Shown here in pieces: positions 45,819 through 56,171 of a stretch of DNA of 64,000 nt; positions within the stretch are counted from its first letter, which is position 1, and each line of letters begins with the position of its first letter. The translations under genes and the position numbers were made by a program. The notes below the pieces were generated by a model. That model searched no databases. It saw nothing but the letters and a program-made list of their open reading frames with translations, and was not told where the DNA came from. The stretch comes from a virus: the IMG/VR virus record IMGVR_UViG_3300047483_000490, positions 15,636 through 79,635 of that record; one strand, given 5' to 3'.

Positions 45819-46617
45819 ATTAGTTAAAAACTTCATAATTAGTGTATTCGCAATGTTATATATTGTTACATCATTAATATCAACAATACACGTTATTGAT
45901 TTTTTCGAATTGTCAAATCCTAGATGGATGGCCATTTCTTTAGCAATTGCGTTTGAATTAGGAGCAGCAGCTTCTTTGGCATCTATAATAGCATTGGATA
46001 AGATGAACAAAACATTGATTTGGGCATTGTTTATTATTATTACAGCAATGCAGGTTCAAGGTAATCTTTATTTCGCATTTAAAAATGCACAAGGCTATGA
46101 TTCATGGGTTCAATTATTCAACTTAGTAGAAGAAGATCCTTTATATCAAAAGAGAATTTTATCTTTTGTTTCAGGTGCTATTTTACCTTTAGTTGCTTTG
46201 GGATTTATTAAGTCTTTAGTAGATTACATCAAACCTGAAAAAGAACAGAGTGCACCAATCGAAGAGCAAGTAGAATCTATGAGAAGAGTTGTAGATGCTC
46301 ATGATACTTTGGTTGAAGAGATTCAAAAAAAAAGTAACGCCGACGTTTTAGAAGGACCAATAGGAGCTAATGGACCAGACGATTCTACTTTAAATGAGAT
46401 CAATTCTGAAGAATCAGCTGAATCTATTTTAGGTTTAACGGTCGAAGAAGAACCTTCAATTGAAACATACGCAAAAGTTATTAAAAACGAAGATGATCTA
46501 AACGAGTATTTAGCTAAGAGAAACGAAGTTAAAAGCGGATTGATTAACAAAAATACCGAGAAGAGAAACATTAAATCAGAAAACGATGCAAGACCAACAG
46601 GATTTACAGGAGCTTAA
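45808..46617 (+). CDS. Multi-pass membrane protein with acidic tail
   Basis: Four hydrophobic helices. Confidence 0.75.
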   Translation: MKDKLVKNFIISVFAMLYIVTSLISTIHVIDFFELSNPRWMAISLAIAFELGAAASLASIIALDKMNKTLIWALFIIITAMQVQGNLYFAFKNAQGYDSWVQLFNLVEEDPLYQKRILSFVSGAILPLVALGFIKSLVDYIKPEKEQSAPIEEQVESMRRVVDAHDTLVEEIQKKSNADVLEGPIGANGPDDSTLNEINSEESAESILGLTVEEEPSIETYAKVIKNEDDLNEYLAKRNEVKSGLINKNTEKRNIKSENDARPTGFTGA

Positions 46618-47044
46618 TGTTCTAGAGAAAATTCAAGTTAACTTACCACCATTTTATTTAACAGAATCGCTTGATTCAGATTCCTTGAAAAAGGTTTTAG
46701 AATCAAGCGATTCTGTTTACTATGGCTTACTTATTATAAAAAATGGATTTAAGCAATACTACGATTTTGCTAGATTAGAAAATCCAGATCTGCAATTAAC
46801 TGCCATGGTCAAAGTAGATTATGCAGTTATTGGTAAAGCAAAAGCACAAACTTGGTCTATTACTCACCTTAAATCTTTATTATCTAGAAAGCCAAAATAC
46901 AAAATCATATGTGCTCTTAAAGATTTAAAGTCAAATAAGTATGTTTATAGATTTAGTGAAACTACCATCAAAGAAAAATCTGTTTACAAGCATATAGAAG
47001 ATTGCTACACAGACCTACAAATCATTTTAGATTCTTTCGAATAA
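46586..47044 (+). CDS. Hypothetical protein
   Basis: ORF track. Confidence 0.65.
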   Translation: MQDQQDLQELNVLEKIQVNLPPFYLTESLDSDSLKKVLESSDSVYYGLLIIKNGFKQYYDFARLENPDLQLTAMVKVDYAVIGKAKAQTWSITHLKSLLSRKPKYKIICALKDLKSNKYVYRFSETTIKEKSVYKHIEDCYTDLQIILDSFE

Positions 47045-47090
47045 ACAAAGCCCAGCTTTTTTATATAAATAACATATAAATGTTATAACT

Positions 47091-48713
47091 ATGATAGGAA
47101 TCTTTATTGATACGCTTGCGCTTGGAGACACAATTGCTGCAATTCCAGCCTGCAAAAAGATCGCAAAAGCTTATGATAATGAAGAGGTTCATATCATAAC
47201 AAATCATCCATACTTATTTGAAGACCATCCTTCATTTTCACATATTTCTAGACCAGAATCAACCAATCTAAATCACTTTCGTAAAGTACATCGAATGTTT
47301 ATGCCACTTGTTGGTAAATCATATCAATTACATAACGGTGAAACTATAGAATGGAGATATTCTAACATGGACATCCGACAATTTCATGCTGTATCACAGG
47401 GATTTGCCCTGACTGAACAAGAAATGGAAACTGATTTGTATATTGAAAGAAAACGTGAGCTGCCAGTCAGCTCCTATGTGATGATACATCCAACATATAC
47501 TTGGGAATCAAGAACATGGGCTCAAGAAAAATGGCAAGCTTTGATAGACAAATTATTCGACGCAGGAATTCCAGTCGTGGCCATTGGTAGAAGTGGTAAA
47601 GAACAAGGTTTCTTTAACGTTGACAAGCCAGTGATGGATTTACATATTAGATATGGTGTTAATTTGTTAGATGATCCAGATAATGATGTAGCTGAATTAA
47701 GATGGATGATGAATAATCAAGCCATGTGCGTGGTTACAATGGACTCTGGCATTTTACACGTAGCTGGAACCACTGATGTTAACATTATTCAATTAGGTAG
47801 TTCAATCGATCCAAAATTAAGAGCACCATACAGACACGGATCTCAAGCTTACAAATATCAATATGTAAAAGGCTCTTGTGATTTGTTTTGTTCGTCTAAC
47901 ATGAAATACAATGTTAAAGTACATGGATCTATTCATGGAGTTCCACCTCAAGTTTATTGTTTAGAAGGAAAACCAACGTTTGAATGTCATCCTTCAGTTG
48001 ATCAAGTATTCGAAAAAGTTTTATCACATTATAGAGTTAAAGCCAAAATCAAATTAGTTCATTTGTTATTAGAAGATGATTTAGATCAAGAAAGACAAGC
48101 AAAATCTATAGCTTCGATTTCAGAATTATCACGCATAGGAGTTGAGTATATTCAGGTTTGGAATAAGCGATGGACTGAAACACCACCAAGAGAAACTTTT
48201 ACTCGACCAGATCAATACGACACTATACCGATTAGACCAGGACATTATGGTGCCTTTAGAGCTTTTGCTGATGCAACAATCGAACACTTCACGGAAGATA
48301 CAGACTTTTTTATTGTTTGTGAAGGTGATGCTATGCTAGAAGTTGATTTAAAAGAAGCATTACAAAAAATAGACAGAGCGTCTGAATCAATTATTGAAAA
48401 TGACATTGCTTACTTTTCATTTGGTTCTAGATTCTTATTAGAAGGTGATGAATTGCAAAGTGAAACCTTACAAAAGATAGAAGACACTCATTTGGTTAAT
48501 AGAATCATAGGTGCTCAGATGATTATGTTTCCACAGAAAATTAGAAGATATTTAATAGACAGATACAAACATGCAACATGGGATGGAGCAGATATATTTT
48601 TAAACGATATATTCTTTGCTAAATTTAATCTAGGTATGTTTGAAGAATCAATGGCTACACAATTAAGTGGAATTTCAGCCATAGAATCACAATACAGAGA
48701 ATTCAATAATTAA
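47091..48713 (+). CDS. Two-domain glycosyltransferase (GT9 heptosyltransferase-like plus GT25-like)
   Basis: LGDTIA..P; RTW....W; MDSGILHVAG; C-terminal GHYGAF..F and VCEGDA. Confidence 0.8.
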   Translation: MIGIFIDTLALGDTIAAIPACKKIAKAYDNEEVHIITNHPYLFEDHPSFSHISRPESTNLNHFRKVHRMFMPLVGKSYQLHNGETIEWRYSNMDIRQFHAVSQGFALTEQEMETDLYIERKRELPVSSYVMIHPTYTWESRTWAQEKWQALIDKLFDAGIPVVAIGRSGKEQGFFNVDKPVMDLHIRYGVNLLDDPDNDVAELRWMMNNQAMCVVTMDSGILHVAGTTDVNIIQLGSSIDPKLRAPYRHGSQAYKYQYVKGSCDLFCSSNMKYNVKVHGSIHGVPPQVYCLEGKPTFECHPSVDQVFEKVLSHYRVKAKIKLVHLLLEDDLDQERQAKSIASISELSRIGVEYIQVWNKRWTETPPRETFTRPDQYDTIPIRPGHYGAFRAFADATIEHFTEDTDFFIVCEGDAMLEVDLKEALQKIDRASESIIENDIAYFSFGSRFLLEGDELQSETLQKIEDTHLVNRIIGAQMIMFPQKIRRYLIDRYKHATWDGADIFLNDIFFAKFNLGMFEESMATQLSGISAIESQYREFNN

Positions 48714-48715
48714 TT

Positions 48716-50959
48716 ATGAAGATTTTATATTTAGCCCCACATTTATCAACAGGAGGCATGCCAGCATTTTTACTTAGACGCATTCAAGAAATGCAAGAGT
48801 CGACTCAACATGAAATTTATGTTGCAGAATGGACCAAATACTCAGAAGCTTATACAGTACAAAGAGATCAAATAGAAAAGTTATTAGACAAAGATCATTT
48901 TATTTCTTTAGGCGACTTAGGTGAGGATGAAGAAACGCATTTCAATAACAGAGTAAAGATAGTTGAAAAGTGTTATGAATGGGGTATTGACATCATTCAC
49001 ATCGATGAAATTCCAGAAGGCTTTGATAGCTTTAATCCATTTCCAGCAAAATTACAAGAACACTTATATCATACGGACCATCCTTGGAGAATTGTAGAAA
49101 CTTGCCACAACATTTGGTTTAATCCTTCGACAATGAAGAAGATTCTGCCCGACGGTTTTGCAATGGTTTCACCTGAACATGAACTTAAAACATTCAAAGA
49201 CATAGATGTGCCTAAGTCTCTGATTACTTTTCCATGGACTAAGTCTAAGTCTGTTATTCTCAAAGACCGCAAGGAGATTTTAGGAGATTTTGGTTACCGT
49301 ACCCTAGGAGAATTTCATATTATCAATATAGGCTTATGGACCCAAGGTAAAAACCAAAAGTACGCCATAGACATCGCGCGCACGTTGTATGCAAAATATG
49401 GCCACACATACCAATTTCATTTTGTTGGTAACCAAGCCTCAAACTTCTCTGAGTACTGGCAACCACTAATGAATGACCTACCACCTAACTGTAAAGTCTG
49501 GGGTGAACGCGAAGACACCTCGACGCTCTTACAAATGAGCGATGTCATGCTATTCACATCAAACTGGGAATGCAATCCGATAGTTTTAGCAGAGGCCGCA
49601 TCTCTAGGTATACCAACCATGGCTTATAACCTACCGCAATACGGCGACCAATGGACTCGAACCCTAACACACTTAACAGGTAACGCTAACAAAGATGCTG
49701 AGTCTGTAATACAACTTTGTTTCGATAAAAAACATAGACAGCATCAGCCTTCAAACTCTGAGTTTGCTCTACAACACGAAGCACTTTACAAGCAATTAAT
49801 AACAAGCCCAAAATCTAGAAGATCTGTACAAATGCAAGACAAAAAGCAATGGCACGTGGAAATAAACCGAGGCATAAAATTCTATAACGACTCAGACAAA
49901 AAATGCACGGTTAAGTTTAAAAACGCGCGCACTCAAGATGTGCTTTGTACTATGGTTTTACCTAGTAATCATTGGGGAGCGCCAGCACAAAAATTCTTCG
50001 TTCCTTGGCAAATTGACTTTGAGTTTGAAGATCAAGAACCAGAAACATGGACGCAAGATCTAACTAATAAAGTTGTTAACATAGAATTTGGTAGCTCTTC
50101 TTTAGGTGATACATTAGCTTTTATAGAAGCTGTTGTGGCCTTTAAAGAAAAACACCAACTAAGTAAAGTTAATTTACTAACATATAAGAATTGGCTTTTT
50201 GATTGGGCTTACTATAATAAAAAAGGCATTTATGCTATTCAACCAAGTACTCAATTACCAAACTGCGATGCTACTTATGAAATAGGTGTACATATGGCTA
50301 ATGTAGGCGAAGGACCTGCTTGGTTTGAAGATAAAAATCCTAGAGATTGGCGCAAAATATACCTAGGAGATATTGCAACAGATGCGCTTGGTTTAGAACC
50401 TATTGGTGAAATTAGACCTCAATTATCTTTTATGGATCTAGGACGCCCTGTCGCTGGTAAATACATTGTTATAGCTACTCAAAGTACAGCGCAAGCTAAA
50501 TACTGGAATAATCCAACAGGTTGGCAAGAAATAGTAGACTGGCATAAAAGTCAAGGCTACAAAGTCTATATAGCCTCAAGCGAAGAAAATGGTTTTATGG
50601 GTAACTTTTATCCTAAAGGAGCTCAAAGATTGCCATCTGATTTGTTAGTCGTTGCTAATTATATTAGACACGCTGATTATTTTATGGGTATTTCAAGTGG
50701 TTTGAGTTGGTTTGCATGGGCTTTAAACGCAAAGATCGTTTTAATCTCAGGCTTTACTCCAGAAATATGTGAATTTACAGATAAAACTTTAAGAATTATA
50801 GACAAAACAGTTTGTAATTCATGTTGGGAATGGGATCACTTTGACAGAAATAAATGGATGTGGTGCCCTAAACATGAAATGACAGACCGACAATTTGAAT
50901 GTACAAAATCAATATCAGGCAATGATGTGATTGCAAAAATTAAAACATGGACAAAATAA
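48716..50959 (+). CDS. GT4 domain fused to autotransporter O-heptosyltransferase (TibC/BAHT-like) domain
   Basis: PHLSTGGMP, KNQ, E..P.VL.EA; SLGDTLA, STAQAKYWN, GISSGLSW.AWA, ISGF, CNSCW...CP....FECTK. Confidence 0.85.
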   Translation: MKILYLAPHLSTGGMPAFLLRRIQEMQESTQHEIYVAEWTKYSEAYTVQRDQIEKLLDKDHFISLGDLGEDEETHFNNRVKIVEKCYEWGIDIIHIDEIPEGFDSFNPFPAKLQEHLYHTDHPWRIVETCHNIWFNPSTMKKILPDGFAMVSPEHELKTFKDIDVPKSLITFPWTKSKSVILKDRKEILGDFGYRTLGEFHIINIGLWTQGKNQKYAIDIARTLYAKYGHTYQFHFVGNQASNFSEYWQPLMNDLPPNCKVWGEREDTSTLLQMSDVMLFTSNWECNPIVLAEAASLGIPTMAYNLPQYGDQWTRTLTHLTGNANKDAESVIQLCFDKKHRQHQPSNSEFALQHEALYKQLITSPKSRRSVQMQDKKQWHVEINRGIKFYNDSDKKCTVKFKNARTQDVLCTMVLPSNHWGAPAQKFFVPWQIDFEFEDQEPETWTQDLTNKVVNIEFGSSSLGDTLAFIEAVVAFKEKHQLSKVNLLTYKNWLFDWAYYNKKGIYAIQPSTQLPNCDATYEIGVHMANVGEGPAWFEDKNPRDWRKIYLGDIATDALGLEPIGEIRPQLSFMDLGRPVAGKYIVIATQSTAQAKYWNNPTGWQEIVDWHKSQGYKVYIASSEENGFMGNFYPKGAQRLPSDLLVVANYIRHADYFMGISSGLSWFAWALNAKIVLISGFTPEICEFTDKTLRIIDKTVCNSCWEWDHFDRNKWMWCPKHEMTDRQFECTKSISGNDVIAKIKTWTK

Positions 50960-51819
50960 CAGTAGTAACAGGTGGATGTGGCTTTATAGGACATCATTTA
51001 GTTAAAAGACTCGTAGATATTGGTAAGACCGTAGTGGTTTTAGACAATTTATCTACAGGCAGATTTACAGATATGCCAGAAGGAGCTACATTGTATAAAA
51101 TGGATTTAACAGTAGATGCATTTCCTACTTTGGAAAATGTAGATGCTATTTATCATTTAGCTGCAACAACCTCAGTTGAAGAGTCTCTTTCTAATGCGCC
51201 TAAATACAAGGCTAATATTCTATCAGCTACTAAAAGATTACTAATCTGGGCTGCTGATATAAATGCTAGAAGAATCGTAATGGCTTCAACAGCTGCAGTT
51301 TATGGTGATCCTTCTATTATACCAACGCATGAAGGTGTACCAGTGAATCCAATGTCACCTTATGCTGAGTATAAATGGAGAGCTGAAAATCATTTAGCGC
51401 ACTGTCACGGTAAAGGCTTAACAACTTCTTGCTTAAGATTCTTTAATGTTTTTGGAGAAGGACAACCAACTTCAGGTTCTTATGCGCCTGCTGTGGCTAG
51501 ATTCATGACTCAGTATGAAAACTTTGAACCAATTACAGTAACTGGCGATGGTTCTCAAACCAGAGATTATATCTATGTTGGAGATGTAGTTGCAGCCTTA
51601 ATCATAGCCATGGCTAGAGATAATTTCTTTATTTTAAATATAGGTTCTGGTGAAGAATTAACTATTTTAGAAATAGCAGAAGCTTTTGGTGGCGAAATTC
51701 AATTTGTACCAAAGAGAAATGAACCATATCAGTCTTGTGCTGATATTAAGATGGCAACTATTGAATTAGGTTGGACACCATCAAAAAATATAATTACGTG
51801 GATTAATAAGAATAAATAA
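50947..51819 (+). CDS. NAD-dependent nucleotide-sugar epimerase/dehydratase
   Basis: TGGCGFIG, STAAVYG, Y...K, LRFFNVFG, RDYIYV. Confidence 0.93.
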   Translation: MDKITVVTGGCGFIGHHLVKRLVDIGKTVVVLDNLSTGRFTDMPEGATLYKMDLTVDAFPTLENVDAIYHLAATTSVEESLSNAPKYKANILSATKRLLIWAADINARRIVMASTAAVYGDPSIIPTHEGVPVNPMSPYAEYKWRAENHLAHCHGKGLTTSCLRFFNVFGEGQPTSGSYAPAVARFMTQYENFEPITVTGDGSQTRDYIYVGDVVAALIIAMARDNFFILNIGSGEELTILEIAEAFGGEIQFVPKRNEPYQSCADIKMATIELGWTPSKNIITWINKNK

Positions 51820-51840
51820 ACTATACAAAATTTTAATACT

Positions 51841-52236
51841 ATGAAAATTGAAGTTTCAAACGGAGAGATCCTAGACAAACATACTATTCTAAAAATTAAA
51901 TTAGAAAAAATTACAGATCCTGTAAAAGTAGCTAATTTAAACAAAGAATGGATGATTTTAACACCAATTGTACAAGAAATTGTTACAGCTTGTAATAACG
52001 ATCTAATTCACATTGCGTATCAAGATATGTTAGAAGTTAATAGAAAATTATGGCAGATTGAAGATGAGATTAGAGACTGTGAAAAGACCAATGATTTTGG
52101 AGAAGAATTTATTAGATTAGCAAGAGCAGTTTATTGGACTAATGACGATAGAAATTTAGTTAAGAAGAGAATTGATAACTTAACTGGTTCTAATTTGACT
52201 GAAGAAAAATCATACGCCGATTACAAAAACAAATAA
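51841..52236 (+). CDS. DUF6165-like protein
   Basis: VSNGEILDK.TIL.IK; LW.IED.IR; ND.R...K; EEKSY. Confidence 0.8.
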   Translation: MKIEVSNGEILDKHTILKIKLEKITDPVKVANLNKEWMILTPIVQEIVTACNNDLIHIAYQDMLEVNRKLWQIEDEIRDCEKTNDFGEEFIRLARAVYWTNDDRNLVKKRIDNLTGSNLTEEKSYADYKNK

Positions 52237-52243
52237 TAATGCC

Positions 52244-52558
52244 ATGGCTAGCACATTAGATAAATTTTGTTCTCTTTTTAAATCAATAGATTTTATTATT
52301 AAACGAGAACCCGTAAAACCGGTTATTAAAGAGAAGAAATTAGAAGAACAAGCTGTAGATAAAATATTAGTAGAACTAAATAAGGCTTTATCTCGAGCTA
52401 AGACTGAATTTAATGCGGCTAAGAAAATCCACAAACAAGGTAAAATGAATGCTACTGAATTGTTTGAATTTGAAATGAGAATGATAGAAATACGTGAACA
52501 GATCAACAAAGTAAAAGAGGATTCTGATGAGTTTGATGAATTAGCAGGAGAAGAGTAA
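52244..52558 (+). CDS. Hypothetical coiled-coil protein
   Basis: ORF track. Confidence 0.65.
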   Translation: MASTLDKFCSLFKSIDFIIKREPVKPVIKEKKLEEQAVDKILVELNKALSRAKTEFNAAKKIHKQGKMNATELFEFEMRMIEIREQINKVKEDSDEFDELAGEE

Positions 52559-52570
52559 AATATATAGAAG

Positions 52571-53320
52571 ATGAAGAAAATAAAACTATACGAAGAATTC
52601 TTAAATGAATCTAACGAAAATAAAGTTAGATCCATGTTAATTCAGTTTTTACACGAAGGTGTAAAAATGGTCTCAATTGACTCTATTAATGAGGGTTTAG
52701 TTGACAAAGCTCAATACGAATTGGACTTATTAATGAAAAATTCAGATGGAACGCCTGTTATTGGTGAGTTTGTACCTGAAGTTATGGCATTAGTAAAGAA
52801 ATTTGCTGATTCAGGTCAAAGTGGAGGTTCAGCACCTTTCACGGCTCAAATTATTACACAAGTTCTACAAAAATTATTAGCACATGAACCACTAGGTGAA
52901 GGTATTATGGGAACTGATGACGAATGGACTGATTGTTCAATATATGAAGACGCTGAAGAAGGAACTGGAACTTTTCAGAATAAAAGACTTAGTTCGGTTT
53001 TCAAAGAAGGTAAAGAAGGTGCTGCATATTATTTGGATGCAATTGTATTTACGCCTGAAGGAAAAGATTACGGTTTTACTGGTAGAGTTGCAGTAACTGA
53101 AGGTAGTGAAGAACAAATTAGCTCTTGTCAATGTATCAAATCATTTCCATTTGCACCTAAAACATTCAAGATCATTGTTAAAGAAAAAGAATATCGTAAA
53201 TTAGAAGATGGTTCTTTAGTTGAAGAAGAAGGTGGAGGCTGGTGGGAAAGCTGGTTAGCAGACCCTAAACAATTAGATGAAGTTTGGGAATATTACGATA
53301 AAAAAGAAAATAAGAAATAA
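52571..53320 (+). CDS. Leader-tagged putative internal head protein 1
   Basis: MKKIKLYEEFLNE. Confidence 0.75.
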   Translation: MKKIKLYEEFLNESNENKVRSMLIQFLHEGVKMVSIDSINEGLVDKAQYELDLLMKNSDGTPVIGEFVPEVMALVKKFADSGQSGGSAPFTAQIITQVLQKLLAHEPLGEGIMGTDDEWTDCSIYEDAEEGTGTFQNKRLSSVFKEGKEGAAYYLDAIVFTPEGKDYGFTGRVAVTEGSEEQISSCQCIKSFPFAPKTFKIIVKEKEYRKLEDGSLVEEEGGGWWESWLADPKQLDEVWEYYDKKENKK

Positions 53321-53619
53321 TGAAACATGTAAAAGTATTTGAAGACTTCTTAAATGAAGCTGAAGATGGAATGGTAACATTAAACGTTACTATTTCTAAT
53401 ATAGATCAAGAAACAGCAAATGATTTTTTAAAAATGTTTGCTTTCATGGAATGGACTGGAGCTGTAGGAGCTGGTAGAAGCTTTAAAGCGTACTTTGATG
53501 GAGACGGTCATTTCAGACCAAAAATCAAAGTCGAAGGTATTGATTTAAAAGATGTTGACTTAACAGGAGATTACGATGATGAAAAAACCGATACTCTCGA
53601 CCTAGGGTTTGGTGCATAA
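53320..53619 (+). CDS. Leader-tagged putative internal head protein 2
   Basis: MKHVKVFEDFLNE. Confidence 0.75.
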   Translation: MKHVKVFEDFLNEAEDGMVTLNVTISNIDQETANDFLKMFAFMEWTGAVGAGRSFKAYFDGDGHFRPKIKVEGIDLKDVDLTGDYDDEKTDTLDLGFGA

Positions 53620-53633
53620 ATAAAATTATAATT

Positions 53634-54173
53634 ATGAAACACATAAAATTATTTGAAGAATTCGTGACTGAAAAGAAAAAGGTTTATGATTACGGTTGTG
53701 CAATGTTGTACTTTGAATTTCCTGAGATGGAAAACTTACACAAGCAAATTGACGAAGAAGATGTTTTCGTAGATCCTAAGGATTCTACATTCGGCTTAGA
53801 AACTGAGCCACATTGTACTTTGCTTTATGGTTTACATGATGATGTAAAACTAGAAGTAATTGAAAATATAGCAAAGAATTTTGCATTTGGTAATTGTACT
53901 ATCACGAATCCATCTCTTTTTGAAAATGAAAAGTTTGATGTGTTGAAATATGATGTTGAAGGACCAAGTTTACATGATTGTAATGCAGAACTTAGTAAAT
54001 TACCACATACTACAGATTATCCAGACTATCACCCACATATGACAGTTGCTTATTTAAAATCTGGTTTAGGTAAGAAATACACTGAAATGTTAGATGACAC
54101 TAAAAAAGAGCTTACACCTAAATATATAGTGTACAGCCAACCAGATGGTACAAAAACAAAGATCGACCTATAA
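53634..54173 (+). CDS. Leader-tagged 2H phosphodiesterase, Acb1-like
   Basis: MKHIKLFEEFVTE; HCTLLY and DYPDYHPHMTVAY. Confidence 0.8.
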   Translation: MKHIKLFEEFVTEKKKVYDYGCAMLYFEFPEMENLHKQIDEEDVFVDPKDSTFGLETEPHCTLLYGLHDDVKLEVIENIAKNFAFGNCTITNPSLFENEKFDVLKYDVEGPSLHDCNAELSKLPHTTDYPDYHPHMTVAYLKSGLGKKYTEMLDDTKKELTPKYIVYSQPDGTKTKIDL

Positions 54174-54421
54174 TGAAACACGTAACTAAATTCAATGAAT
54201 TCGTAAATGAAGCAGAAGAAAGAGACACTTTAGCTGAATTAAATGAAATGACTCTAGGTCAACTTGAAAGAATTGCAGATTATGCAAACATGATTAAAGA
54301 CAGAATGACCGGTGGTGAACAATTAGAATCGTGGATGTATTCTCAATTAACAGTTTCTTTAGAAAATTTAAATGCAGTGCACGACGCAATGGATGGTAAT
54401 GATGACAAGGTTGAAAAATAA
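54173..54421 (+). CDS. Leader-tagged putative internal head protein 4
   Basis: MKHVTKFNEFVNE. Confidence 0.75.
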   Translation: MKHVTKFNEFVNEAEERDTLAELNEMTLGQLERIADYANMIKDRMTGGEQLESWMYSQLTVSLENLNAVHDAMDGNDDKVEK

Positions 54422-54430
54422 TTAAAAGCA

Positions 54431-54988
54431 ATGCAATACGTAAAACTATACGAAGATTTCTTAAACGAAGCTAAACCAGGACCAGATCCATACATGAAAG
54501 GTTTAAGCGACAAAACTAAAGAAGAAAAAGAGGAGCAGATGAAAAAGCAAGCTGAAATGGATGACGATGATGATTCAGCTTATAAAGAATTACCGGGTGA
54601 TAAAGAGGCTCAGGAAAAAGGTCAAGTTAAAACTTCTAAACACACTAAATCATATCATGAATTATACGGTGATAAAGAAGAGAAAAACGAATCTTTTTTA
54701 AACGAAGAAGAACAATCAACCGACAGAAGTGCAATTGACGATGACGCTATCGAAACAGGTTTAAAAACCAAATCTGAAGAAACTGGAGTTCCTATTGGAA
54801 TTCTTAGAGCTGTAATGAGAAGAGGCTTAGCCGCTTGGAAAACAGGTCATAGACCAGGAGCAACCCAACAACAATGGGGATATGCGAGGTGTAATAGTTT
54901 TTTAACAGGTCAACCTGGAACATGGGGTGGAGCTGATAAAGATTTAGCTAAAGAAGCTAGAAAGGCTGGATTTAATCCTAAAAAATAA
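54431..54988 (+). CDS. Leader-tagged protein with DUF5824-like domain
   Basis: MQYVKLYEDFLNE; RGLAAWKTGHRPGATQQQWGYAR.NSF. Confidence 0.75.
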   Translation: MQYVKLYEDFLNEAKPGPDPYMKGLSDKTKEEKEEQMKKQAEMDDDDDSAYKELPGDKEAQEKGQVKTSKHTKSYHELYGDKEEKNESFLNEEEQSTDRSAIDDDAIETGLKTKSEETGVPIGILRAVMRRGLAAWKTGHRPGATQQQWGYARCNSFLTGQPGTWGGADKDLAKEARKAGFNPKK

Positions 54989-55035
54989 ATGTTAGAGTTT
55001 ATACATTTATAACTAAACTATTAGATATATATTAT

Positions 55036-55707
55036 ATGAAACACAAACATCATATAATACCCAAACATATGGGAGGATCTAATGAATCTGAAAATATCAT
55101 AGAATTAAGCATCGAAGAACATGCCGAAGCTCATAGAATTTTATGGGAGAAACATGGTAAGAAACAAGACTGGTTAGCTTGGAAAGGCCTTTCAGGTATC
55201 ATTAATAAAGAAGATATAACCAAAGAAATTTTATCAGACGCTGGTAAAAAAGGAGGATCTAATGGAAAGGGAGTAACTGGTAATAGAAAGAACGGTGGAA
55301 TTATTAATTGGGAAAAGAATAAAGATAAAATCTTACAACTTTTAAGAGAAAACGGTAAGAAATACGGACATTTAGGTGGTGCTAAAGGAGATTGGATTTG
55401 GATTAATGACGAAAATGAAGAGATGAAAATATTAAAAGATGATTCTATACCAGAAGGTTGGAATCGTGGCAGATTAGAAATGAACTCATTAACTAGACAA
55501 AAGATAAAAAATTCTACAGTTGGTAAAATAAATAAAGGTCCTAAAACAAAAGAACACAAAGAAAAGATGTCAGTTTGGCGAAAAGGGCGAAAGTGGTACC
55601 ATGACACTATATCTTTTCGATCTTCTCAATTTTCTTTAGAAGAAATCATTCCAGATGGATGGGTTATCGGAAGAGGTAAAATTAATATGCCAAAAAGAAA
55701 AATTTAA
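55036..55707 (+). mobile_element. Free-standing HNH homing endonuclease (Mob-like)
   Basis: HHIIPKHMGG.N..ENI..L..EEH..AH; two IP(E/D)GW..GR repeats. Confidence 0.9.
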
Positions 55708-55711
55708 AATA

Positions 55712-56170
55712 ATGAAATACATCAAATTATACGAAGAATTTGTAGCTGGCAATAAAATCGAATGCGATAATTGTGGTTGGACATGGAAATTAGAAGATGG
55801 TGGTCATGATTTATATACATGTCATAAATGTTTTCATGATAATAGTTCAATTATGAGCGAAGCTTTTATTTTAAGAGACTTAGAAGACAAATACGGAATT
55901 GATTTAGATTTATATGATAATGGTAAGTTTTTAGAGCTGTCAAGAATAGTTATTCCTAAAGATAAAAGAGGTGAAGGCATTGGATCAGAGATCATGAAAC
56001 AAATTAATGATTACGCAGACTCTAAAGGTCTTAAAATATACTTAACACCATCTAAAGATTTTGGAGCTAGCTCAGTCTCTAGATTGGAAAAGTTTTACAA
56101 AGATCATGGTTTTGTGAAAAACACAGACAAGAGTGAAACAAGAAATACAATGGTAAGATTACCAAAATAA
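55712..56170 (+). CDS. Leader-tagged Zn-ribbon plus GNAT acetyltransferase
   Basis: MKYIKLYEEFV; CDNC...CHKC; RGEGIG; FYKDHGF. Confidence 0.8.
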   Translation: MKYIKLYEEFVAGNKIECDNCGWTWKLEDGGHDLYTCHKCFHDNSSIMSEAFILRDLEDKYGIDLDLYDNGKFLELSRIVIPKDKRGEGIGSEIMKQINDYADSKGLKIYLTPSKDFGASSVSRLEKFYKDHGFVKNTDKSETRNTMVRLPK

Positions 56171-56171
56171 T

